This document shows positions 31,079 to 39,261 of a stretch of 64,000 nt of DNA, one piece after another. The DNA lies in assembly GCF_013315695.1 (NCBI RefSeq), contig NZ_CP054353.1, one strand, 5' to 3'. The position numbers and the translations under genes are program-made. Origin of the DNA: Escherichia coli. Lineage in GTDB: Bacteria; Pseudomonadota; Gammaproteobacteria; Enterobacterales; Enterobacteriaceae. The stretch's first letter is position 1; each line of letters begins with the position of its first letter. Below the pieces are notes generated by a model that did not search any database, was not told where the DNA came from, and worked only from the letters and a program-made list of their open reading frames with translations.

Positions 31079-31692
31079 TCTATTTTCCTCTGCACAATGT
31101 ATTAGTTTCTCCACAAAACAGAGAAGAACACCTGCGGTGGCAGCCGCCCGGATGGATTGGGTTATGAGCCCGTCGTCCGGTGATGCTCTTCTCTGTTTTG
31201 TAAAAAGAGCGGTACCAGCCGGAAGCAAGTGTACAAACTGGTACCGCCAAAGCAGTGGCTGTTGTGGTGGGGTTGTCACTCAGGCGTATGGTCAACCTGA
31301 CAACCCGGTGTCCTCAACGGGGAAAGAGTAACCCCGCCATACTTACCGCCGCGCCATTTCGCGGATTACCACAACGCTGAGAGCACTTAGCCAGTTACGG
31401 CACCACACTTTGTCGCGGTTCCATAAATGCCCTCATCGTTGCACCCTGGTCTCTTCCCAGGCGTCAAACCGAATCGCCACGCTGGTTAGGCGTCTTATCA
31501 GCATCCTCATTGACTTGCACATTCCGGCTATCTGGTTTGTTTGCCCGAGCAAGGAGTGGATTGTCCCCTTTAACGTCCCCAGACCGCTAACGACGCATGT
31601 GCCATACGCCGTGTTACAACCAAATTTTGTTAGTACCTTGTTTGTAGGTCTGGAGAGAAAGATAAAATGAAGTTGCGCATTATGCAAGTGTT

Positions 31693-31710
31693 TTATTGCG
31701 AGATAAGCAA
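31693..31710. promoter_or_regulatory. candidate OL operator
   Basis: ttattgcgagataagcaa is a near-copy of ttattgcgcgttaagcaa in the cI-cro intergenic region. Confidence 0.5.
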
Positions 31711-31719
31711 TTTGGTGGG

Positions 31720-31745
31720 TAATGAAAAGCCACCTTCTGGTGGCT
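31720..31745 (-). terminator. intrinsic terminator downstream of cI
   Basis: agccacc-ttct-ggtggct hairpin followed (minus strand) by a U-rich tract, about 25 bp past the cI stop. Confidence 0.55.
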
Positions 31746-31766
31746 AATTGATGTTGAGGTAGGGGG

Positions 31767-32459
31767 TTAATTGTGTCGCTTAAGGGTCTGTGACTGACTG
31801 ATTAAGACCTTTCCAAAGACCATAAACCGGTGTTCGTTTTCGCTGGTAATTCCCCATTCGCGGTAAATCTGATTATCAGAAATTACCAGCAGTTTATCAG
31901 GTATCATTTGCAGTCGTTTGACGTAAATTTTATCATCAAAACCAAATACATATATACCATCCCCATCAAACTGATTGATACTGATATCAACGAAGATGAG
32001 ATCTCCTGGCTCAATGGTTGGACACATACTGTCCCCACGAACGTTGATAACTTTAATGTGATTTGCTGGTCGTCCACCAAACATCGATACAGCATTATCA
32101 GTTCTGTATTCAATGGCATGAATCACATCAATGACATCACCGCCCTGGATAAGGCCATTTCCCGCACTGGCACTGACATCCAGCATTTCAATACGGAATA
32201 CATCCTTCACCTGCGTAACATCCTCACTAATACTGTTTTTACATACAGTATTACTTTTGAGGTCTGAGGTAAAGAGATCAGCAATATCAACACCTAAGCT
32301 CCTGGCAATATTACTCAGGGCTTGTTCAGTGAATTGTTTCTGCTTACCTGTTTCGAGGCGCGAGATATTCGCCGCATCCACTCCTATTGCTTCAGCGAGA
32401 TCGGCGATTTTCATGTTCTTCGCCTGGCGAAGTTGTCTGACTCGATTTCCTATGTTCAT
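31767..32459 (-). CDS. cI: CI-like phage repressor (HTH plus S24 LexA-like peptidase domain)
   Basis: 230-aa ORF with N-terminal HTH (IADLAEAIGVDAANISRLETGK) and C-terminal S24 motifs (GDSMCPTI ... KRL); divergent from cro. Confidence 0.85.
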   Translation of the reverse strand: MNIGNRVRQLRQAKNMKIADLAEAIGVDAANISRLETGKQKQFTEQALSNIARSLGVDIADLFTSDLKSNTVCKNSISEDVTQVKDVFRIEMLDVSASAGNGLIQGGDVIDVIHAIEYRTDNAVSMFGGRPANHIKVINVRGDSMCPTIEPGDLIFVDISINQFDGDGIYVFGFDDKIYVKRLQMIPDKLLVISDNQIYREWGITSENEHRFMVFGKVLISQSQTLKRHN

Positions 32460-32556
32460 GCGTTTATTACATTTCTTTATTGCGCGTTAAGCAAATCAAC
32501 TTGCGCAAAATATTTGCGTGAAATAATATGCTCATCACGCAATATGTGGAGGTTAT
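32460..32556. promoter_or_regulatory. OR/PR/PRM-like switch region
   Basis: 97-bp AT-rich divergent intergenic region with repeated TTGCGC-containing operator-like half-sites. Confidence 0.6.
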
Positions 32557-32817
32557 ATGCAATCACCATTACGGAATGTGCGTAAGGCGCACGGATTTAC
32601 TTTGCAGCATGTTGCTGCGGGCGTTCAGGTCAATCCAGCGACGCTGAGTCGTATTGAAAGACTGGAACAAATTCCATCTATCGATCTTGCAGAACGTCTG
32701 GCCAATTTTTTTAAGGGTGAAATCAGCGAAATGCAGATTCTTTATCCGGCACGTTTTCAATCTAGCCAAAACCAGAATGGGTTTAAACCACAGGAACAGG
32801 AGGTAAGCCGTGGGTAA
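32557..32817 (+). CDS. cro: Cro-like HTH (XRE-family) regulator
   Basis: 86-aa ORF with HTH LQHVAAGVQVNPATLSRIE; first gene rightward of the switch. Confidence 0.75.
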   Translation: MQSPLRNVRKAHGFTLQHVAAGVQVNPATLSRIERLEQIPSIDLAERLANFFKGEISEMQILYPARFQSSQNQNGFKPQEQEVSRG

Positions 32818-33367
32818 GCATCATTGGAAAGTGGAAAAACAGCCTGAGTGGTACGTGAAAGCTGTCAGAAAAACTATCGCGGCGTTGCCGGGGGGTTACG
32901 CTGAAGCTGCTGAGTGGCTGGATGTAACAGAGAACGCATTATTCAACCGCCTTCGTGCAGATGGCGATCAGATTTTCCCGCTGGGATGGGCAATGGTTTT
33001 ACAGCGTGCGGCTGGCACTCACTACATTGCGGATGCTGTCGCACAGTCTGCTGGTGGGGTGTTCGTATCGCTTCCTGAAATTGAGGCAGTAGAGAACGCC
33101 GATATAAACCAGCGCCTGCTGGAAGTCATTGAACAGATCGGCAGTTATTCCAGACAGATTCGTTCAGCAATCGAAGACGGTGTAGTGGAACCGCATGAGA
33201 AGACAGCAATTAACGACGAACTGTATCTTTCAATTTCGAAGCTCCAGGAGCATGCAGCACTGGTCTACAAAATCTTCTGCGCTCCAGAAAAGAGTAACGC
33301 CCGCGAGTGTGCAGCTCCGGGCGTCGTGGCGTCGATTGCTTCTGGTTGTGGAGAAACTAACGCATGA
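32810..33367 (+). CDS. hypothetical regulator in the cII position (possibly YmfL-like)
   Basis: 185-aa ORF overlapping the cro stop and the next start. Confidence 0.4.
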   Translation: MGKHHWKVEKQPEWYVKAVRKTIAALPGGYAEAAEWLDVTENALFNRLRADGDQIFPLGWAMVLQRAAGTHYIADAVAQSAGGVFVSLPEIEAVENADINQRLLEVIEQIGSYSRQIRSAIEDGVVEPHEKTAINDELYLSISKLQEHAALVYKIFCAPEKSNARECAAPGVVASIASGCGETNA

Positions 33368-34509
33368 ATAGTTTAACGGCAAATAACCGTTTGTCGCAAC
33401 AGCTGGTGGTCAGCGTCGCTGAACACCTGTTGTTACGGCATGAATGCAGATTACCAAATCACCTGGCTGTAAGTAACCACAGAGAACTTTACCTGACTGT
33501 GGGGGGCGAGTTGTGCAGGAACTTAACCGCTGGTTTCGTGACGGAAGAGGGCTTTATGTCCATGTTATTCGTTGGGAGCCAGAAACACAGCGCGTTATCT
33601 ATCTTCGCAAAGACTACCCGCATGAGTGCTTTAGTCCTTTGTGGAAATTCAGGCGTGATTTTGTTGAGTGTGAAGGACCACCAGCATATTGATTCTGCAA
33701 TTCCGGGACGTTACACTGTTCAGGCACCTTATAAAGCGGGTGCCGGGATTGGCGTCCTGAAATTCGCACATGCGCATAACCGCGCTTCAGCGGTTTTTTT
33801 GCGCACGTTTCCTCACATCCAAATTATGGTGGGGCGTGCAGGGGCATCGAAAGATGCGCCGGGGTCATGTGCGACCGGTTACGCCAACCCTGTACGTCTC
33901 ACCACCTCTGTGATTGGCGTCCCATGTGGTGAGTTTTCAAAATTCGCACATGAGGATGTCACTATGGCAACCACCCCTACCCAAACTCACCCTAAAATTG
34001 ATGTTATCCATGGGAAGGCTGTTACCTCTTCTTTGGCCGTTGCCGAATATTTCTGCAAGCAGCACAAAAACGTTATTCAAAAAATCCAGACGCTTGAGTG
34101 CTCTGTTGAATTCACTGAGCTGAATTTTCAGCCCAGTGATTACACCGATTGCACAGGCCGCAAACTCCCTTGTTACCAAATCACCCGCGACGGTTTTGCG
34201 TTTCTTGCCATGGGCTTCACGGGGAAACGTGCTGCCCGGTTCAAAGAGGCATACATCAATGCCTTTAACCAGATGGAGAAACAGCTTTCAAATCCCTCTG
34301 TACTGAGCGACGTTGCACATAACGCCAGCGTTCTCTATTCCTACATTTCATCAATTCATCAGGTCTGGCTGCAGCAGCTTTATCCTATGTTGGCAAAAGC
34401 CGAATCTCCGCTGGCTGTTAGCTTGTATGACTATATTAATGATGCTTCGGCGCTGGCCTGCCTCATAAATTTGTCGCTGAATCCTTCAGAGGTAAGGGGG
34501 CGTAAATGA
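33364..34509 (+). CDS. Rha-family phage regulatory protein, copy 1 (variable N-terminal region plus Rha domain)
   Basis: C-terminal ITRDGFAFLAMGFTGKRAARFKEAYINAFNQME matches the Rha-domain signature as I recall it; possible internal start near 33965 (MATTPTQ...). Confidence 0.65.
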   Translation: MNSLTANNRLSQQLVVSVAEHLLLRHECRLPNHLAVSNHRELYLTVGGELCRNLTAGFVTEEGFMSMLFVGSQKHSALSIFAKTTRMSALVLCGNSGVILLSVKDHQHIDSAIPGRYTVQAPYKAGAGIGVLKFAHAHNRASAVFLRTFPHIQIMVGRAGASKDAPGSCATGYANPVRLTTSVIGVPCGEFSKFAHEDVTMATTPTQTHPKIDVIHGKAVTSSLAVAEYFCKQHKNVIQKIQTLECSVEFTELNFQPSDYTDCTGRKLPCYQITRDGFAFLAMGFTGKRAARFKEAYINAFNQMEKQLSNPSVLSDVAHNASVLYSYISSIHQVWLQQLYPMLAKAESPLAVSLYDYINDASALACLINLSLNPSEVRGRK

Positions 34510-35387
34510 TCCGGAATATTTTCAAACTGTTTACCAATCGCCACCAGCATATTGATTCTGCAATTCCGGGACGTTACACTGTTCAGGCACCTTATAAAGC
34601 GGGTGCCGGGATTGGCGTCCTGAAATTGTCAACGGCGATGTATGACGCGCCAGCGTCTTTTTTATCGTCCGCATTTGCTCACATCCAGATTATGGTGGGC
34701 TGGGCGGGGGCACCGAAAGGTGCGCCGGTCTCCGTTGACGCCGGTTACGCCAACCCCGTCCAGTTCACCACCAGTGAAATTGGCGTTTCCGGTGGTGGAA
34801 GTTTTTCACTGTCAACGGAGGCTGCCATCATGGCTACGATCCCAGCCCTCACTCAACCTGAAATCACCATTGACAACGGCCAGGCCGTTACCACTTCTTT
34901 GGCTGTTGCCAACTTCTTCTCCAAGCGTCACGACGATGTGCTGAAAAAGATCCGCACTCTGGATTGTTCCCCTGAGTTTTGTGCCCGCAATTTTGCGGAG
35001 ACATCGATTTCGGTAAATCAACCGAACGGTGGTACACGCAAGCTCCTTTGCTATCAAATCACACGAGACGGTTTTGCGTTTCTTGCTATGGGTTTCACGG
35101 GTAAACGTGCTGCCCGGTTCAAAGAGGCATACATCAATGCCTTTAACCAGATGGAAAAACTGCTTTCAAAGCCATCCACGCTGAGCGATGCCGCAGATAA
35201 CGCCAGCGTGCTTTACTCCCACCTGTCGGTAATCCACAAGGTCTGGCTGCAGCAGCTTTATCCCATGTTGGCAAAAGCCGAATCCCCGCTGGCTGTAAGT
35301 CTGTATGACCGCATCAACGACGCGGCGCTACTGGCCAGTCTCATAAATTTGTCGCTGAACCCTTCAGAGGTAAGGGGGCGTAAATGA
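34506..35387 (+). CDS. Rha-family phage regulatory protein, copy 2 (tandem paralogue)
   Basis: 293-aa ORF; same Rha C-terminal motif; N-terminus MIRNIFKLFTNRHQHIDSAIPGRY repeats a segment inside copy 1. Confidence 0.65.
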   Translation: MIRNIFKLFTNRHQHIDSAIPGRYTVQAPYKAGAGIGVLKLSTAMYDAPASFLSSAFAHIQIMVGWAGAPKGAPVSVDAGYANPVQFTTSEIGVSGGGSFSLSTEAAIMATIPALTQPEITIDNGQAVTTSLAVANFFSKRHDDVLKKIRTLDCSPEFCARNFAETSISVNQPNGGTRKLLCYQITRDGFAFLAMGFTGKRAARFKEAYINAFNQMEKLLSKPSTLSDAADNASVLYSHLSVIHKVWLQQLYPMLAKAESPLAVSLYDRINDAALLASLINLSLNPSEVRGRK

Positions 35388-35608
35388 TCCGGAATATTTT
35401 CAAACGGTTTACCAATCATACTTTCCGTTGTCCTCGTCCGGGTCAGTGGTACACCACGCCTGCAGGGCATGTTCTACGTGTTAGCCTGGTTGACCGTGAA
35501 TGTCAGAAGGTGATTTGTGAACCGCTGGGCCGTAATTACCGCGTCAGTATGCCGCTTATAGCCTTTCGCTCCGGAAAAAACATGAAGCATCTCGGAGGTG
35601 CTGCATGA
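35384..35608 (+). CDS. small protein sharing the repeat-derived N-terminus
   Basis: 74-aa ORF starting MIRNIFKRFTN, the same N-terminal motif as Rha copy 2. Confidence 0.35.
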   Translation: MIRNIFKRFTNHTFRCPRPGQWYTTPAGHVLRVSLVDRECQKVICEPLGRNYRVSMPLIAFRSGKNMKHLGGAA

Positions 35609-36423
35609 GTATGGAGTTGATGGTTAAAGCGATGAAAATTCGAGTGGGAAATCCATTGCGAAAACTGGTTCTGATTAAGCTGGCTGATAATGCCAGCGAT
35701 CAGGGTGAGTGCTGGCCCAGCTACCAGCATATTGCTGACCAGTGCGAGATTAGCAAACGTTCTGTGATGAATCATATTGCGGCCCTTTGTGAGTCCGGGC
35801 TGGTAAAAAAAGTCACCCGGAAAGGTGAAAAAGGTAACTCAAGTAATATCTATCTCCTTCATCTTGATGGTGCAGGAGATTCACTAGGGGGTAGTGCAAA
35901 TAATTCACTATCTGGTGCAGCAAATTCACCAGGTAGTGCAGGAGTTGCACCAGGGGGTAGTGCAGGAGATTCACCCAGAACCAGTCACTCTTTTGAACCA
36001 GTCAAAGAACCAGTCAATGAACCAATAGCTGTTGGTGCATCTGCTGATGAGTCTGTGCGAGTTCGTTCAAACCGACCGGAATACTCTCCGGAGTTTGAGC
36101 AGGCATGGCTGGCCTATCCAAAACGTGCTGGTGGCAATTCAAAATCTGCAGCCTTCAAAGCCTGGAAAGCCCGTTTGAATGAGGGGGTAAACCCCGAAAC
36201 CATGCTGGAAGGTGTGAAACGCTACGCGGGCTGGGTATCTGCGATGGGTAACAGCGGCACACAATTTGTGAAACAGGCTGTCACGTTCTTTGGCCCGGAT
36301 CGTCATTTCGAAGAATCCTGGGAAGTTCCTGCGGTATCTGCAGTCAGACGCGAGGACCCGTACTTCAAAGCCAGTTACGACAACGTGGACTACAGCCAGA
36401 TCCCGGAAGGATTCAGGGGGTGA
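35605..36423 (+). CDS. replication initiation protein (O-like, N-terminal HTH)
   Basis: 272-aa ORF in the O position; N-terminal HTH-like segment; internal DNA iterons at 35868-35976. Confidence 0.6.
   Translation: MSMELMVKAMKIRVGNPLRKLVLIKLADNASDQGECWPSYQHIADQCEISKRSVMNHIAALCESGLVKKVTRKGEKGNSSNIYLLHLDGAGDSLGGSANNSLSGAANSPGSAGVAPGGSAGDSPRTSHSFEPVKEPVNEPIAVGASADESVRVRSNRPEYSPEFEQAWLAYPKRAGGNSKSAAFKAWKARLNEGVNPETMLEGVKRYAGWVSAMGNSGTQFVKQAVTFFGPDRHFEESWEVPAVSAVRREDPYFKASYDNVDYSQIPEGFRG
35868..35976. repeat. iteron-like direct repeats (candidate replication origin) inside the O-like gene
   Basis: About five imperfect ~20-bp repeats of the form GGTAGTGCA(GGAG/AAAT)..TTCAC encoding a low-complexity G/S/A linker. 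Confidence 0.5.
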
Positions 36424-36914
36424 TCATGAGTCTTTTGAATGAAGTTCAGAAATTCATTGAAGCCCATCCGGGCTGTACTTCCGGAGACATTGCGGATGCT
36501 TTTGCTGGTTACTCACGGCAGCGCGTTCTGCAGTCAGCAAGCAAGTTACGTCAGAGTGGGCGTGTGGCTCACCGTTGTGAAGGAGATACACGCAGACATT
36601 TCCCACGCCTGACTGAGAGAGCGCAGGATCCGGAACCACAACCAGTTCGTGAAACCAGACCTGTGCGCAATTTCTATGTCGGCACTAACGATCCCCGTGT
36701 GATTTTGTGCCTGACCCGCCAGGCTGAAGAACTGGAGTCCAGGGGCTTATACCGTCGTGCTGCAACGGTGTGGATGGCGGCATTCCGTGAAAGCCACTCC
36801 CAGCCAGAACGAAACAATTTTCTGGCACGTCGTGAGCGGTGCTTACGGAAAAGCAGCAAGCGCGCTGCATCGGGTGAAGAGTGGTATCTGTCAGGGAATT
36901 TCGTGGGGGCTTAA
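36420..36914 (+). CDS. hypothetical protein (replication-module position)
   Basis: 164-aa basic ORF translationally coupled to both neighbours. Confidence 0.4.
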   Translation: MIMSLLNEVQKFIEAHPGCTSGDIADAFAGYSRQRVLQSASKLRQSGRVAHRCEGDTRRHFPRLTERAQDPEPQPVRETRPVRNFYVGTNDPRVILCLTRQAEELESRGLYRRAATVWMAAFRESHSQPERNNFLARRERCLRKSSKRAASGEEWYLSGNFVGA

Positions 36915-37567
36915 TGAGTAATAAATATTGCCAGGCGCTGGTGGAACTGCGGAACAAACCAGCCCATGAACTGAAGGAAGTGGGCGATCAGTGGCGCACG
37001 CCGGACAACATTTTCTGGGGAATTAACACCCTGTTTGGCCCGTTTGTTCTGGATCTGTTCACTGACGGTGATAACGCCAAATGTGCTGCGTATTACACTG
37101 CGGAAGACAACGCGCTGGCGCATGACTGGTCTGAACGTCTTGCGGAGCTTAAAGGTGCTGCCTTTGGTAATCCCCCGTACAGCCGCGCCAGTCAGCATGA
37201 GGGGCAATACATCACCGGCATGCGTTACATCATGAAACATGCCAGTGCCATGCGTGATAAAGGCGGGCGCTATGTTTTCCTGATCAAAGCTGCCACCAGC
37301 GAAGTGTGGTGGCCGGAAGATGCAGATCATATTGCTTTTATTCGCGGGCGTATTGGTTTTGAACTGCCTGCCTGGTTTATCCCGAAAGACGAAAAGCAGG
37401 TGCCAACAGGTGCTTTCTTCGCTGGTGCTATTGCTGTTTTCGACAAGACCTGGAAGGGACCGGCAATCAGCTACATAGGGCGCGATGAACTTGAGGCATG
37501 TGGTGAGGCGTTTCTGGCGCAGGTTCGCCAGCAGGCGGAAAAACTGGTCAGGGAGATGGCGGCATGA
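36914..37567 (+). CDS. phage DNA N6-adenine methyltransferase (Dam-like)
   Basis: ORF 36881..37567; likely start MSNKYCQ at 36914; NPPY catalytic motif (AFGNPPYS). Confidence 0.7.
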   Translation: MSNKYCQALVELRNKPAHELKEVGDQWRTPDNIFWGINTLFGPFVLDLFTDGDNAKCAAYYTAEDNALAHDWSERLAELKGAAFGNPPYSRASQHEGQYITGMRYIMKHASAMRDKGGRYVFLIKAATSEVWWPEDADHIAFIRGRIGFELPAWFIPKDEKQVPTGAFFAGAIAVFDKTWKGPAISYIGRDELEACGEAFLAQVRQQAEKLVREMAA

Positions 37568-37890
37568 CGACGTTAACTCAATGCCAGCAGCAGGTGCTGG
37601 ATATGCTGATTTCTTATCAGAAAGAACGTGGCTTCCCGCCAACCAATCAGGAGGTGGCAACCATGCTGGGATACCGTTCGGTGAATGCAGCGGTGGAGCA
37701 TCTTCGCGCACTGGAGAAAAAAGGCGTCATCACGATAAAGCGTGGCGTGGCCCGGGGGATAACGCTTCATACTGCGATGAAGGACGACGACAGCGAGGCG
37801 GTCGGGATTATCCGCGCACTGCTTGCCGGTGAGGAAAACGCAAGGCTGCGTGCAACCCACTGGTTACATGAGAGGGGCCTGAAAGTATGA
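37564..37890 (+). CDS. LexA N-terminal DNA-binding-domain-like protein
   Basis: 108-aa ORF, winged-HTH segment LTQCQQQVLDMLISYQKERGFPPTNQEVATMLGYRSVNAAVEHLRALEKKGVI resembling the LexA DNA-binding domain; no peptidase domain. Confidence 0.55.
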   Translation: MTTLTQCQQQVLDMLISYQKERGFPPTNQEVATMLGYRSVNAAVEHLRALEKKGVITIKRGVARGITLHTAMKDDDSEAVGIIRALLAGEENARLRATHWLHERGLKV

Positions 37891-38282
37891 AGCTAATACT
37901 GCCTTTTCCGCCCAGCGTGAACACGTACTGGCGACACCCCAACAAAGGGGCGTTTGCTGGTAAGAGCCTGATAAGCGCGGCGGGGCGAAAATTCCAGAGC
38001 GCGGCGTGTGCAGCAATAGTTGAGCAGTTACGTCGTCTGCCGAAACCAACGTCGGCACCTGCTTCAGTGGAGATCGTGTTGTTTCCTCCGGATAACCGGA
38101 TCCGCGATCTGGACAACTATAACAAGGCGCTGTTTGACGCCCTGACCCACGCGGGTGTGTGGGAAGACGACAGTCAGGTGAAAAGAATGCTGGTGGAGTG
38201 GGGACCGGTTATCCCGGAGGGGAAGGTCGAGATCACTATCAGTAAGTACGAAAAAGCGAGTTGCAAATTAGCAACTCGGTAA
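37887..38282 (+). CDS. rusA: RusA-family Holliday-junction resolvase
   Basis: 131-aa ORF MKLILPFPPSVNTYW...DLDNYNKALFDALTHAGVWEDDSQV, conserved RusA motifs. Confidence 0.8.
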   Translation: MKLILPFPPSVNTYWRHPNKGAFAGKSLISAAGRKFQSAACAAIVEQLRRLPKPTSAPASVEIVLFPPDNRIRDLDNYNKALFDALTHAGVWEDDSQVKRMLVEWGPVIPEGKVEITISKYEKASCKLATR

Positions 38283-38432
38283 CGGAATTGAGCAACACCC
38301 TAAATTTGGGTATTACCTCGTTAAAGATACTGTATTTATGAACAGTGTATCCTTGATAACTATTAAAAATCGCAGTAAGTTCATCCTGCATCAACGAAAA
38401 GGGAGTGCAGTCCCGCTCGTGGATAAAAATTT

Positions 38433-39260
38433 GTGGAGAAACCAATGAATCAGTTGCTTGTAATTGATGGCGTTTCTGTGCGCCAGTACTTCGAATCTAA
38501 CTACTGTCTTAACGACCTTCAGAAAGCTGCTCTTCTTGCCGCTGGTGAGAATCGCTCCTCCCGTTCGCTGGAAGTTCACGAGTTTATGCGTCGTCCTGAA
38601 ACGAAGGCTCTTGTGGAATTATTGGAAGAAGAAACTACGGGAGATTCCCGTAGTATTCCTGTCATCACCATTCAGGGGCGCAATGGTGGGACGTATGTCT
38701 GTAAAGAGCTGGTCTATGCATATGCAATGTGGATCAGCCCGGCATTCAGCTTAAAAGTGATACGTACTTTTGATGCGCTTCATAATTCATCACCAGAAGA
38801 AACCACATCCGACAAAATTAAATCCGGGGTCATTCTGCTTGAATCAGCAGCAAAGACTCTAAATCTGTCAAACTCCTCGAAACTTGGTGCATACCAGAAA
38901 TTATCAAAGGTAGCTGGTCTTCCTGAACTTATGCCGATCTATGCCATTGATGCACCTGCTGATGCGCCAGATGGTTCAAGCCGCCCTACGCTGTCGCTGA
39001 GTGCACTGCTGAAGCAGTATGGTATCCGCCTGACGGCTAATCAGGCATATCACCAGATGGCGAAGCTGGGGATCGTTGAACAACGCGAACGATACAGCCG
39101 TACCGCGATTAACAACATCAAAAAATTCTGGTCGCTGACCGCGAAAGGCTGCATGTTCGGCAAGAACATCACCAGTCCTGCAAATCCGCGCGAGACGCAG
39201 CCGCATTTCTTCGAATCCCGATTTCCTGAGCTGTTAAAGCTGCTCGATACCGTTCATTGA
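38433..39260 (+). CDS. KilA-N domain protein
   Basis: 275-aa ORF; N-terminal region resembles the KilA-N domain. Confidence 0.5.
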   Translation: MEKPMNQLLVIDGVSVRQYFESNYCLNDLQKAALLAAGENRSSRSLEVHEFMRRPETKALVELLEEETTGDSRSIPVITIQGRNGGTYVCKELVYAYAMWISPAFSLKVIRTFDALHNSSPEETTSDKIKSGVILLESAAKTLNLSNSSKLGAYQKLSKVAGLPELMPIYAIDAPADAPDGSSRPTLSLSALLKQYGIRLTANQAYHQMAKLGIVEQRERYSRTAINNIKKFWSLTAKGCMFGKNITSPANPRETQPHFFESRFPELLKLLDTVH

Positions 39261-39261
39261 G

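Noticed and set aside
30161-31279. Full 372-aa reading of the ORF (N-terminal 67-aa extension)
   Set aside because: The extension runs into the structured GC-rich leader and lacks an RBS; the ATG at 31078 has a GAGGAAAA RBS and starts a recognisable RdgC-like N-terminus
31433-31687. 84-aa minus-strand ORF as a possible N antiterminator
   Set aside because: Start coincides with the operator motif (no room for promoter or leader), no arginine-rich N-terminal motif, and no RBS
33914-34179. ORFs 33914..34123 (plus) and 33937..34179 (minus) within Rha copy 1
   Set aside because: Alternative-frame and antisense ORFs inside the Rha gene; no independent support
36454-37860. Minus-strand ORFs (61-266 aa) antisense to the replication/methylase/LexA-like genes
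   Set aside because: Shadow ORFs overlapping a tightly coupled plus-strand operon with clear start and stop overlaps
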